A DNA stretch of 64,000 nucleotides from an uncultured Actinomycetes bacterium (GTDB taxonomy: Bacteria > Actinomycetota > Thermoleophilia > Solirubrobacterales > 70-9): positions 1,024,908 through 1,088,907 of the forward strand of contig CAWHTB010000002.1 in NCBI GenBank assembly GCA_963832155.1, written 5' to 3'. Positions within the stretch are counted from its first letter, which is position 1; every line of letters begins with the position of its first letter. Below the pieces are notes generated by a model. The model was not told the DNA's origin. It did no database searches and worked only from the letters and a program-made list of their open reading frames with translations. The position numbers and the translations under genes were made by a program. Shown here piece after piece: positions 27,247 to 35,782 of this stretch.

Positions 27247-27888
27247 CTAGGGGCTCAGCGCCGGCCAGCTGGAGGGGTCGTTGAGGTCGAGGGGTGGGAG
27301 CGTCTGGATCTCGACCCCGGCCAGGGAGGCGATCGTCTCGCGGTTGGATCGCTCGATCTCGGTCGGCTCCTCCGGCCAGGGGGTGAGGACGATGGAGGCG
27401 ACGTCGAGGCCGGCGGCGCGGGCCGACTCGACCGTGAGCAGGGTGTGGTTGATCGTGCCGAGGCCGGGCGAGGCCGCGACCACCACCGGATAGCCGAGGT
27501 CGACGGCGAGGTCGCGGACGAGGTAGCCGGGCGCGAGCGGGACCAGCAGGCCGCCGACCCCCTCACAGACGAGGACATCACCAGCGGCCGCCGCGGTTCG
27601 CGCCGCCTCGAGGAGCCGCTCGCGATCGATCTCCTCACCCGCCATCGCGGCCGCGAGGTGGGGAGAGGCTGGTGGCCCGTAGCGGTAGGGCGCGATCTCC
27701 TCGTCGCTCTGGTCCGAGCCTGCGGCGCGCCTCAGCAGGGCGTGGTCGGGCTCGACCTCCTCCTCGAGGCCGGTCACGCAGGGCTTGAAGACGGCGACTC
27801 TCTGTCCGGAGGTCGCGGCGGTGCGGGCGATCGCCGCAGCAACCACGGTCTTGCCGACCTCGGTCCCGGTGCCGGTGACGAAGATCAA
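27247..27888 (-). CDS. bioD: dethiobiotin synthetase
   Basis: MIFVTGTGTEVGKT P-loop and overall BioD pattern; 4-nt overlap with bioF. Confidence 0.9.
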   Translation of the reverse strand: MIFVTGTGTEVGKTVVAAAIARTAATSGQRVAVFKPCVTGLEEEVEPDHALLRRAAGSDQSDEEIAPYRYGPPASPHLAAAMAGEEIDRERLLEAARTAAAAGDVLVCEGVGGLLVPLAPGYLVRDLAVDLGYPVVVAASPGLGTINHTLLTVESARAAGLDVASIVLTPWPEEPTEIERSNRETIASLAGVEIQTLPPLDLNDPSSWPALSP

Positions 27889-29069
27889 GCGGCGATGGGC
27901 TGGGGCGTCAGCAGGCCGACCTCGCGGGCGGCGGCGCCGACCTCGCGGGCGGCCCGCGCCAGCTCCTCGGCGGAATGCGTCGCCATCACGGTGAAGCGCA
28001 GGCGCGAAGTCCCCTCCGGCACCGTCGGCGGCCGGATCCCCTGGGCGAAGACGCCGCGCTCCAGGGCACGCTCGCTGAGCTCCATCGTCGTCTCGGCGTC
28101 GCCGACTTCGACCGGCACGATCTGGGTCGAGGAGCGCGTCGGGGCAAGGCCCTCGGCGACGAGCGCCGCTCGCAGGGTGTCCGCCGCCGCCCGTAGCTGC
28201 TCGACCCGCTCGGGCTCGGCTTCGAGCAGCTCCAGCGCCATTGCGGCGGCACCGAGGGCGGGCGGTGGCGGCGCGGTGGAGAAGATGAAGGGGCGGGCGG
28301 TGTTAATCAGCAGCTCGACTGTCTCGGCGCCGGCGCAGATGTAGGCGCCGTAGGAGCCGAGCGCCTTGCCGAGGGTGCCGACGACGACATCGACCTCGCC
28401 GCTCAACCCGGCGGCGGAGACCGACCCGCGACCGCCTGGCCCGACGGCGCCGGTGGCGTGTGCCTCGTCGACCATCAGGCGGCAGCCGTGGCGACGGGCG
28501 AGCTCCAGCAGCGCGCCGAGGGGTGCAACGTCGCCGTCCATCGAGAAGACGCCGTCGGTGACGATCAGCGAGGCCCGCCCGCCGGCCTCGCTCAACCCCC
28601 AGGCGAGGTGCTCGAGGTCGGCGTGGCGGTAGACGAAGGTCTCGGCCCGCGAGAGACGGCAGCCGTCGACGATGCTGGCGTGGTTCAGCTCGTCGGAGAA
28701 GACGACCTCGTCGCGGCCGGCCAGCGCCGCGATCGTGCCGGTGTTGGCGAGGTAGCCGCTGCCGAACAGAAGCGCCGCGCCGTAGCCCTTGAACCCCGCC
28801 AGCTTGGCCTCGAGCTCGCGGTGGGGCTCCATGCTCCCCGAGATCAGCCGCGAGGCGCCGGCGCCCGCCCCCCACCGGATCGCTGCCTCGGCGGCGGCCT
28901 CCCGCACCTGGGGATGGTCGGCGAGGCCGAGGTAGTTGTTGGAGCAGAGCAGCAGGACCGGGCGGCCGCCCAGCGTCACCGTCGGCCCCTGCGGGCCCTC
29001 GATCAACCGCAGTCGCCGGTGAAGGCCCCGCCCGCGGAGCTCCTCCAGCCGCTCCGCGACGTCGGTCAC
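27885..29069 (-). CDS. bioF: 8-amino-7-oxononanoate synthase
   Basis: PLP-dependent acyltransferase. LCSNNYLGL, DEAHATG and GTLGKALG (Lys-PLP) motifs. Confidence 0.9.
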   Translation of the reverse strand: MTDVAERLEELRGRGLHRRLRLIEGPQGPTVTLGGRPVLLLCSNNYLGLADHPQVREAAAEAAIRWGAGAGASRLISGSMEPHRELEAKLAGFKGYGAALLFGSGYLANTGTIAALAGRDEVVFSDELNHASIVDGCRLSRAETFVYRHADLEHLAWGLSEAGGRASLIVTDGVFSMDGDVAPLGALLELARRHGCRLMVDEAHATGAVGPGGRGSVSAAGLSGEVDVVVGTLGKALGSYGAYICAGAETVELLINTARPFIFSTAPPPPALGAAAMALELLEAEPERVEQLRAAADTLRAALVAEGLAPTRSSTQIVPVEVGDAETTMELSERALERGVFAQGIRPPTVPEGTSRLRFTVMATHSAEELARAAREVGAAAREVGLLTPQPIAA

Positions 29070-30190
29070 GCCGCCTGTGGGTAGGGGGGAGGCTTTTTCG
29101 CCTTCTTGACCACCCGCAGCTGGGTCGAGGGGTCCCAGAAGTTGGCCTCCTCCTGGTGGTCGATCAACTCCTCCATCGGCGTCTCGGGGGTCTCCCCGTC
29201 GAGCCAGCCCGAGCGGTTGTCCGGCCGTGGATTGGCGCCGTTATCGGACTGACGGGCAACGTTCAGTCCCAGCTCCTCGAACATCGCCCGGTCATCCTCC
29301 GGCTCGGCGCCGAGAGTGGTGAGGAAGTTGCCCATCATCACCCCGTTGAGGCCGGCCTTGACCGCAAGTGGCTGCAGGTCGCCGAGGTTCTCGACCCGGC
29401 CGCCGCAGAGACGGAAAAGGGCGCCGGGGATGATCAGCCGGAAGATCGCGACCCACTTCACCACCTCCCAGGCGTCCATCAGGTCGCGGTCGCCGAACTT
29501 CGTCCCCTCGCGCGGGTTGAGCAGGTTGATCGGCACCGAGGTGGGGTTGATCTCGGAGAGCTCGAAGGCCATCTCGACCCGCTGCTCCGGGCTCTCGCCG
29601 AGGTTGAGGATGCCGCCGACGCAGGTCTCCAGCCCCGCCTCCTTGACCGCCTGGATCGTCCTCAGGCGGCCCTCGTACCGGACCGTCGAGGTGACCTCGG
29701 GGTAGTAGGAGCGGGAGGACTCGACGTTGTGGTGGACGCGCTGGATCCCCGCCTCGCGCAGTGACTTGGCCCGCTCGGTCGACATGTGCCCGATCGAGGC
29801 GCACCGCTTCAGGTTGGTCTGCTCGGCGACCAGGCGGGCGCCCTCGAGGATCTTCTGGAAGTCCCGTTTGGAAAGCCCCTGGCCCTGGGTGACCATGCAG
29901 AAACGGTGGGCGCCAGCGGCCTCGGCGGCTTTCGCGTGTTCGAGGATCTGGTCGGGCTCCATCATCGCGTGCATCGGCGTGTCCGCCTCGGCGTAGCGGG
30001 ACTGGGCGCAGAAGCCGCAGTCCTCGGCGCAACCGCCCGACTTGGCGTTGACCAGCGAGCACATGTCGGTGGAGTCGCCGAAATTCTCGCGGCGCACCGC
30101 CCAGGCGCGCTCGACCAGGTCGCCGATCTCTTGGTGGTCGGTGAGCCCGCCGTAGGCGAGCGCTTCGTCGAAGGTGATCAAGGGGGGCAT
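29066..30190 (-). CDS. bioB: biotin synthase
   Basis: Radical-SAM CAEDCGFCAQS (CxxxCxxC) and a downstream BioB-like sequence; C-terminal extension of about 50 aa. Confidence 0.95.
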   Translation of the reverse strand: MPPLITFDEALAYGGLTDHQEIGDLVERAWAVRRENFGDSTDMCSLVNAKSGGCAEDCGFCAQSRYAEADTPMHAMMEPDQILEHAKAAEAAGAHRFCMVTQGQGLSKRDFQKILEGARLVAEQTNLKRCASIGHMSTERAKSLREAGIQRVHHNVESSRSYYPEVTSTVRYEGRLRTIQAVKEAGLETCVGGILNLGESPEQRVEMAFELSEINPTSVPINLLNPREGTKFGDRDLMDAWEVVKWVAIFRLIIPGALFRLCGGRVENLGDLQPLAVKAGLNGVMMGNFLTTLGAEPEDDRAMFEELGLNVARQSDNGANPRPDNRSGWLDGETPETPMEELIDHQEEANFWDPSTQLRVVKKAKKPPPYPQAA

Positions 30191-30252
30191 TCCGGGTCCT
30201 TTTCCGGGGGATGACTGGCTCGCAAGGCTAGGTATCGCCCCGGACGCAGGGC

Positions 30253-30296
30253 GTGTCTGAGTTGCCCCGCCATATATGGGGGTCGAGCTCAGACAC
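30253..30296. promoter_or_regulatory. concentric palindrome GTGTCTGAG-N26-CTCAGACAC with central CCATATATGG
   Basis: Perfect 9-bp arms at 30253-30261 and 30288-30296 and a perfect 10-bp palindrome at 30270-30279 share the same centre. Lies in the bioB/GH3 divergent intergenic region. Confidence 0.4.
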
Positions 30297-30315
30297 CCCG
30301 GTAGGGTCGGCGCCC

Positions 30316-31428
30316 ATGAGCGGAGTGAAAGTACGGAGGCGGCGCCTGTCCCTGGCGGTCCTGGCGGGATTCGCCGCCGGTGCCTTCGCGTTCGGGGCGG
30401 CGCTCGGGGACGGAACTCCGAGACGGATCGAGGTATCGGAGACGCTGCCGGCGGCGCAGCTGGCCGGAGAGCGGATCGTCACCGGGCTTCCCGGCACCGG
30501 CATCTCGCCGCGGCTGCGAGGGGCGATCGCCGAGGGGCAGGTGGCCGGCGTCGTCCTCTTCGACGCCAACTTCCCGACTCGCGCCGCGGGCCGGCGGCTG
30601 ATCTCCCGTCTTCAGGCGATCCGCCGCCCGCCGGCCCTGCGCGACCCGTTGCTGGTCATGGTCGACCAGGAGGGCGGCCTGGTGAAGCGGGTCGGTGGCG
30701 CGCCAACCGCGTCCGCCCTGCAGATGGGCGAGCGCGGGCCGGACTTCAGCCGCGAGCAAGGCCGCCAGACCGCCGCCAACCTGCGCGGCATCGGGATCAA
30801 CGTCGACCTCGCGCCGGTGCTCGACATCGCCCGGCCCGGCGGCACGATCGCCGAGACCGAACGCGGCTTCGGCTCCACCGCGGCCGCTGTGGCGGCCAAC
30901 GCGATGCCCTTCGCGACGGCGCTGCAGCAGGGCGGCGTGGCGGCGACCGCCAAGCACTTCCCCGGCTTCGGGGCGGCACGGGAAAACACCGACTTCGCCG
31001 TTCAGCGGATCGGCCTCTCCCAGGAGCGGCTCCGCGCCGTCGACGAGCCCCCCTACCGGGACTTCATCGCCGCCGGGGGCGACCTGGTGATGCTGAGCAC
31101 GGCGATCTACCCGGCCTTCTCTCCCGACCCGGCGGCGTTCGCGCGCCCGATCGCCACCGGCGAGCTGCGCCGCCGGCTCGGCTTCGCCGGGGTCTCGATC
31201 ACCGACGCTCTGGAGACGGTCGCGGTCGAGGACTTCGGGGGGCCCGCGAAGGCCGGGATCGCCGCCGCCCGCGCCGGCACCGACCTGCTGCTCTTCACCA
31301 GCCTCGCGCCGGCCGAACGTGCTTGGCAAGCGCTGGTCGGCAAGCTCCGCGCCGGCGCGCTCGACCGCGCCGAGTTCGAGGCATCGGCACAGCGGGTGCT
31401 CGACCTCCGCGCCCGGATGGACCCCTAG
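30316..31428 (+). CDS. glycoside hydrolase family 3 (beta-N-acetylhexosaminidase-like), exported
   Basis: Start at ATG 30316 with a signal/TM segment; MVDQEGGLVKR and KHFPGFG motifs of GH3 NagZ-like enzymes. Confidence 0.85.
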   Translation: MSGVKVRRRRLSLAVLAGFAAGAFAFGAALGDGTPRRIEVSETLPAAQLAGERIVTGLPGTGISPRLRGAIAEGQVAGVVLFDANFPTRAAGRRLISRLQAIRRPPALRDPLLVMVDQEGGLVKRVGGAPTASALQMGERGPDFSREQGRQTAANLRGIGINVDLAPVLDIARPGGTIAETERGFGSTAAAVAANAMPFATALQQGGVAATAKHFPGFGAARENTDFAVQRIGLSQERLRAVDEPPYRDFIAAGGDLVMLSTAIYPAFSPDPAAFARPIATGELRRRLGFAGVSITDALETVAVEDFGGPAKAGIAAARAGTDLLLFTSLAPAERAWQALVGKLRAGALDRAEFEASAQRVLDLRARMDP

Positions 31429-32897
31429 CCAGGCTCCGGCGCGGTCTCGCGGACCACGCCCGGATCGAAGACGCGGACGTCGTCGCGACCGCCGTCCTTG
31501 GCCGCGTACATCGCCGTGTCGGCCTCCGAGGCGATCGACTCCGGGCTCAGGGTCGGGTCTTCGCCGAACATCGCGATGCCGATGCTGGCGGTGACCGGCT
31601 CGCCGCCATCGAACCTCGCGCTCTCGCGGATCGTTGTCGCGATCGCCTCCGCGACCAGGAGCGCTTCCTCGACCCCGGTGTTGGGGAGGACGATCGCGAA
31701 CTCGTCGCCGCCGATCCGCGCCAGCACGTCGGTCTCGCGCACCCGCCGCCGCAATAGAGCGGCGACCTCCTTGAGCAGGCGGTCCCCCGCCGGGTGCCCG
31801 CTCGTGTCGTTGACCCGCTTGAAGTGGTCGAGGTCGATCATCAGCATCGCCCCGCTGGTCCCCTGCCGGCGGGAACGCGCCACCTCCCGGCGCAGCCCCT
31901 CGTCGAAGCTGCGGCGGTTGCTGAGCCCGGTCAGCGAGTCCTGGCCGGCCTCGCGCTCCAGCTCGAGGATCCGCTCGTTTCTGCTCCAGACCAGGATCAG
32001 CGCCGCGAGCAGAGCGGCGAGGGAGATGCCCACCCCGCTGATCAGGAGCGGCAGCCCGGGGCCCGGCCGGTTCGGGTCGCTGACGATCACCACCCAGTTG
32101 CGATTGGCGATCTGGACGGTCGCCCGGGCCGGGTCCTCCAGCTCTCCGGGGTCGCCGAGCGTCATCCCGGCACCGACGCGAAGCTGCACGTCGTGGGCGG
32201 CCGGCAGCTCTGCGGCGGCCGCAGCAGCGAGGTCCCGGAGCTGGAAGACCCCGGAGGCGAAGCCGGTCAGCGCCGACCGCCGCTCGGCGACGGTTGAGGT
32301 GGGGGCGCCGTCGCGATAGACGGGGCGGTAGACGATTATCCCGAGCCCTGCGGCGAGGAGGGGCACCGGGGGAGTCGCCACAGAGACCCCCTGATCCCGA
32401 GCGCGGCGCAGGTACGGCGCTCGGTCGGGGTCGGACTCGAGGTCGTACCCGAGCGTCGTTTTCGCGCTGCGTTCGGCGAGGGTGAAGGCGATCGGGAAGT
32501 ACTCGCGCCGCGGCTTCGCTGCCACCAGCCCGCGCGCCGTCGGTTCGCGGATCGTGACACCGCGCTGGCGTTCGAACTCGCGGCGGTCAGCAGCGGTGAC
32601 GCGGTCGATGAAGGAGGTGCCGTAGAGGACGCCGGGTCCCAGCAACGGCCTGGCAATCAGCCGGAACTCGTGCTCGTCGAAACGGTCCTTGGCGCGAAAG
32701 AAGGCCGCGGCGCTGGCGAGCTGCCCGACCGAGAGGGCGGCGACCGCCTCGGCCTGTCGCGCCGCCCGCATCGCCTGCTCACGCTGAGCCGCGTGGAAGC
32801 GGTCGGATTCGGTGTCCTGGACGACCAGGCCGGCGCCGACCGCGCCCGCGGCGAGCAGCAAGACGGCCGAAAGAGCGATCCAGAACCGGAGTTGCAT
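31425..32897 (-). CDS. CHASE-domain sensor diguanylate cyclase (GGDEF)
   Basis: Start at ATG 32897. TM, periplasmic CHASE-like region (YFPIAFTLAERS...GYDLESDPDRAPYLRRARDQG), second TM, then GGDEF domain with RIGGDEFAIVL. Confidence 0.85.
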   Translation of the reverse strand: MQLRFWIALSAVLLLAAGAVGAGLVVQDTESDRFHAAQREQAMRAARQAEAVAALSVGQLASAAAFFRAKDRFDEHEFRLIARPLLGPGVLYGTSFIDRVTAADRREFERQRGVTIREPTARGLVAAKPRREYFPIAFTLAERSAKTTLGYDLESDPDRAPYLRRARDQGVSVATPPVPLLAAGLGIIVYRPVYRDGAPTSTVAERRSALTGFASGVFQLRDLAAAAAAELPAAHDVQLRVGAGMTLGDPGELEDPARATVQIANRNWVVIVSDPNRPGPGLPLLISGVGISLAALLAALILVWSRNERILELEREAGQDSLTGLSNRRSFDEGLRREVARSRRQGTSGAMLMIDLDHFKRVNDTSGHPAGDRLLKEVAALLRRRVRETDVLARIGGDEFAIVLPNTGVEEALLVAEAIATTIRESARFDGGEPVTASIGIAMFGEDPTLSPESIASEADTAMYAAKDGGRDDVRVFDPGVVRETAPEPG

Positions 32898-32911
32898 CCG
32901 GGAATTGTTGA

Positions 32912-33544
32912 CTATTCCGGGACGGCTGACAGAGACTCCCACAGATATATGGAGGCGAGGCTCCGGTGCGGGCGCCACACCTCACCGATCTCGAGCACCT
33001 TTTCCGGCGTCGGCATCTCGTCCAGGCCGTACTCGATCTGCACCGCCTTGCGGATGCCAAGATCACCGCCGGAGAGGACGTCGGGCCGTTCGAGGTGGAA
33101 GATCAGGAACATCTCCGCGGTCCACTGGCCGAGCCCGCGCACGGCGACGATCTCCTCGATCGCCTCCTCGTCGGAGAGCTGGCCGAGGCGGTCCAGCTCC
33201 AGTTCGCCGCTGAGCACGTGCGAGGCGAGGTCGCGGATGTATTCGACCTTGCGGCCGGAGAGCCCGGCTCCCCGCAGGTCGGGTTCCTTTGCCGCCAGCA
33301 ACTGTTCGGGCGAGGGGGTCGTGCCGTCGAAGAGGTCGACCACCCGCAGGTAGATCGTCCGCGCCGCTTTGGTCGAGAGCTGCTGGCCGACGATCGCCCG
33401 CAGCAGGGCTCCGTAGGCGTCGTTCGGCCGCTCCTCTTTGCGGCGTTTCAGCCGCGTCGCCAGGTCGATCGTCCCGATCCGCTCGATCAGGGCCGCCATC
33501 GTCGGGTCGGAGTCGCCCAGCGCCGTGCGAGCTTTTTTGCTCAC
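32912..33544 (-). CDS. DNA-3-methyladenine glycosylase II family (HhH-GPD)
   Basis: HhH-GPD pattern (LRGAGLSGRKVEYIRDLA, VRGLGQWTAEMFLIF, D in GGDLGIRKA). GTG at 33544 overlaps the upstream stop (GTGA); alternative ATG at 33499. Confidence 0.8.
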   Translation of the reverse strand: MSKKARTALGDSDPTMAALIERIGTIDLATRLKRRKEERPNDAYGALLRAIVGQQLSTKAARTIYLRVVDLFDGTTPSPEQLLAAKEPDLRGAGLSGRKVEYIRDLASHVLSGELELDRLGQLSDEEAIEEIVAVRGLGQWTAEMFLIFHLERPDVLSGGDLGIRKAVQIEYGLDEMPTPEKVLEIGEVWRPHRSLASIYLWESLSAVPE

Positions 33545-34347
33545 CGGCCCGTCCACTTGGGCGAGCGCTTCTCGGCGAAGGCGGCGATCCCCTCGCGAAA
33601 GTCCTCCGAGGAGAAGCAGGACTCGCGCAGCGCGATCAACCCAGCCTCCTGCTGCTCGGTGAGGACGGGGGAGGAGTTGAGCAGGTCGATCGCGTGCTTG
33701 TTGCCGCGCATCGAGAGTGGCGCGTTGGCGGCGATCGCGGCCGCCAACTCGACCGACTCCGCCTCCAGTTGTCCGCCGCCGACCACTTCGTTGACCAGCC
33801 CGATCTGCTCGGCCCGGCCGGCCTCGACGTTTCGCCCGGTCAGGAACAGCTCTTTGGTCCGCGCCAGGCCGAGCGTGTCGAGGAACTTGCGCAGGCCGGT
33901 GTGGCCGTAGATCAACCCGAGTTTTGCCGGCGGCATCCCGAGCTTGGCGCCGGCGGCGCAGATCCGCAGGTCGCAGGTGATCGCCAGCTCCAGGCCGCCG
34001 CCGAGGCAGTGGCCGTTGATCGCCGCGACGGTCGGCCACGGGTGCTTGGCGATCGCCTCCATCGCGCTGTGGAAGGGATGGGCGACGAGCGCCTCGGCGT
34101 CGCGCTCGAAGGTCGCGGCCGGGATCGCCGCGATGTCGTAGCCGGCGGAGAAGACCGGCGGCTCCCCGGTGATCAGGACGCAGCGCGTCTCGATCCCGCG
34201 GTCGAGCCCCGGCAGGGTCTCCGCGATCGCGTCGAGGATCTCGTGGTCGAGGGCATTGCGGCGCTCTGGGTTGCAGATCCGCAATCGCGCGACTGCCTCG
34301 GCGGGCCGGTCGAGGAGGAGCTTGCCGCCGGCGAGCCGCTCGTCCAC
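33541..34347 (-). CDS. enoyl-CoA hydratase/isomerase family protein (methylmalonyl-CoA decarboxylase-like)
   Basis: Crotonase fold. FSAGYDI, INGHCLGGGLELAITCD and SEDFREGIAAFAEKRSPKWTG parallel the E. coli YgfG/ScpB layout. Confidence 0.85.
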   Translation of the reverse strand: MDERLAGGKLLLDRPAEAVARLRICNPERRNALDHEILDAIAETLPGLDRGIETRCVLITGEPPVFSAGYDIAAIPAATFERDAEALVAHPFHSAMEAIAKHPWPTVAAINGHCLGGGLELAITCDLRICAAGAKLGMPPAKLGLIYGHTGLRKFLDTLGLARTKELFLTGRNVEAGRAEQIGLVNEVVGGGQLEAESVELAAAIAANAPLSMRGNKHAIDLLNSSPVLTEQQEAGLIALRESCFSSEDFREGIAAFAEKRSPKWTGR

Positions 34348-34354
34348 GTTGCGC

Positions 34355-34567
34355 CTACTCCAGCACTACGAGGACGTCGCCTTCGGAGACCGACTGGCCC
34401 TCCTCGCACCGGATCTCCTTCACGGTGCCGTCGTCTTCGGCCTCGACCGGGATCTCCATCTTCATCGACTCGAGGATCACGACGGTGTCGCCGTCGGAGA
34501 CCTCGTCGCCGACCGCGACCTCGACTTTCCACACGTTTCCGGTGATGTGCGCCTCGATGTCTGCCAT
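34355..34567 (-). CDS. stand-alone biotinyl/lipoyl carrier domain protein (BCCP-like)
   Basis: 70-aa ORF from ATG 34567 with biotinylation motif VILESMKMEIPV. The 257-aa track ORF is an upstream shadow extension. Confidence 0.8.
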   Translation of the reverse strand: MADIEAHITGNVWKVEVAVGDEVSDGDTVVILESMKMEIPVEAEDDGTVKEIRCEEGQSVSEGDVLVVLE

Positions 34568-34589
34568 GGCCCGAGACAATATCCGCACC

Positions 34590-35318
34590 ATGGGACCGGA
34601 AGAGAGTGCGGGTGACCAGCGGCTCGCGGCGATCGTCGCCGCGCGAAACGAGGCCGACCGCATCGGCGCGACGGTTGCGGCGCTGCGGGAGGCCTTTCCA
34701 GTGGCCGCGATCTGGGTCGCCGACGACGCCTCCACCGACGGCACCGCCGATGCGGCGATGGTCGCCGGGGCCGAGGTGGTCAGCCGCGCCCGTTCGCACG
34801 GCAAGGGCGGCAACGTCACCGCAGCGGCCGAAGCGGCGCTCGGCGCCGACTCGGCGCTGCACCTCGTCCTCCTCTGCGACGGCGACCTCGGCGCCTCAGC
34901 GGCCCGGTTGGGACCGCTGGTGGAGGCGGTGGAGCGGGGCGAGTGCGATCTCGCCGTCGCCTCCTTCTCGCGCCGCGTCGGTGGCGGCTTCGGGGTCGCG
35001 CTCGGCTTCGCCGGGTGGGCGATCCGGCGGCTCTGCGGGGCCGAGACCGAGGCACCGATCTCCGGCCAGCGGGCGCTGCGGGCGGAGGCGCTACGAAGCT
35101 GCCTACCGCTCGCCGCCGGCTTCGGCATGGAGATCGGGATGACGGTCGACGCCGTCCGCCAGGGCTACCGCCTGCGCGAGTACGAGCTCGACCTCGAGCA
35201 CCGCGCCACCGGCCGCACCTTCGGCGGCTTCCAACACCGAGCGGTCCAGCTACGCGACTTCCTCCGGGTGTATGCGTCCCGCCGTCGCAAGGGCGGGACG
35301 CAATCGCCGGCCGGCTAG
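34590..35318 (+). CDS. glycosyltransferase family 2
   Basis: AAIVAARNEADRIGATV...VADDASTDGT...DGD pattern of GT2. Start at ATG 34590 (alternative 34566 would overlap the divergent BCCP start). Confidence 0.7.
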   Translation: MGPEESAGDQRLAAIVAARNEADRIGATVAALREAFPVAAIWVADDASTDGTADAAMVAGAEVVSRARSHGKGGNVTAAAEAALGADSALHLVLLCDGDLGASAARLGPLVEAVERGECDLAVASFSRRVGGGFGVALGFAGWAIRRLCGAETEAPISGQRALRAEALRSCLPLAAGFGMEIGMTVDAVRQGYRLREYELDLEHRATGRTFGGFQHRAVQLRDFLRVYASRRRKGGTQSPAG

Positions 35319-35680
35319 CCTCGCTTCGCGTACTCGCCGACGTCGCCGAAGTCGACCATCACGCACGGCTCGTCCCCGGGCACCTCGGCGTGGTGGCCGG
35401 GAGGGATCGAGACGACGTCGCCGGCGCCGATCTCGACGTCGCCGCCGCCGTCGTCCATGTGGACGATCATGCGGCCGGAGAGAACGTAGGCGAGGTGTGG
35501 CACTTGACAGGAATCGGTGCCAGCGATCGGGCGGACGTTCTCAGACCAGCTCCAACCGGGCTCGAACGTGCCGAGGCCTATCGTGTGGCCGGCCATTTCC
35601 ACCACCTTCGCCTGTCCATTGCCTTCGAACGGGCGCACTTCGTCGGGGGAGTCGAAGTTCTTCACTTCCGCAGTTGCCAT
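35315..35680 (-). CDS. cupin domain protein
   Basis: 121 aa; cupin motif region HLAYVLSGRMIVHMDDGG...GAGDVVSIPPGHHA. Confidence 0.7.
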   Translation of the reverse strand: MATAEVKNFDSPDEVRPFEGNGQAKVVEMAGHTIGLGTFEPGWSWSENVRPIAGTDSCQVPHLAYVLSGRMIVHMDDGGGDVEIGAGDVVSIPPGHHAEVPGDEPCVMVDFGDVGEYAKRG

Positions 35681-35782
35681 TTTGGGGCTCCTGACGTCGA
35701 GGTTCGTCCCCTACCCAGTTCGACCGTACACCCTCGTCCGCACTATGGCCAGTCGGGGCGTGTGTAGCCTGCCCATCCTGAA

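Noticed and set aside
34355-35128. 257-aa ORF extending the biotinyl carrier gene upstream
   Set aside because: Only the last 70 codons (from ATG 34567) look like protein. The upstream 187 codons are Ala/Ser/Arg/Pro-rich and lie antisense to the glycosyltransferase gene.
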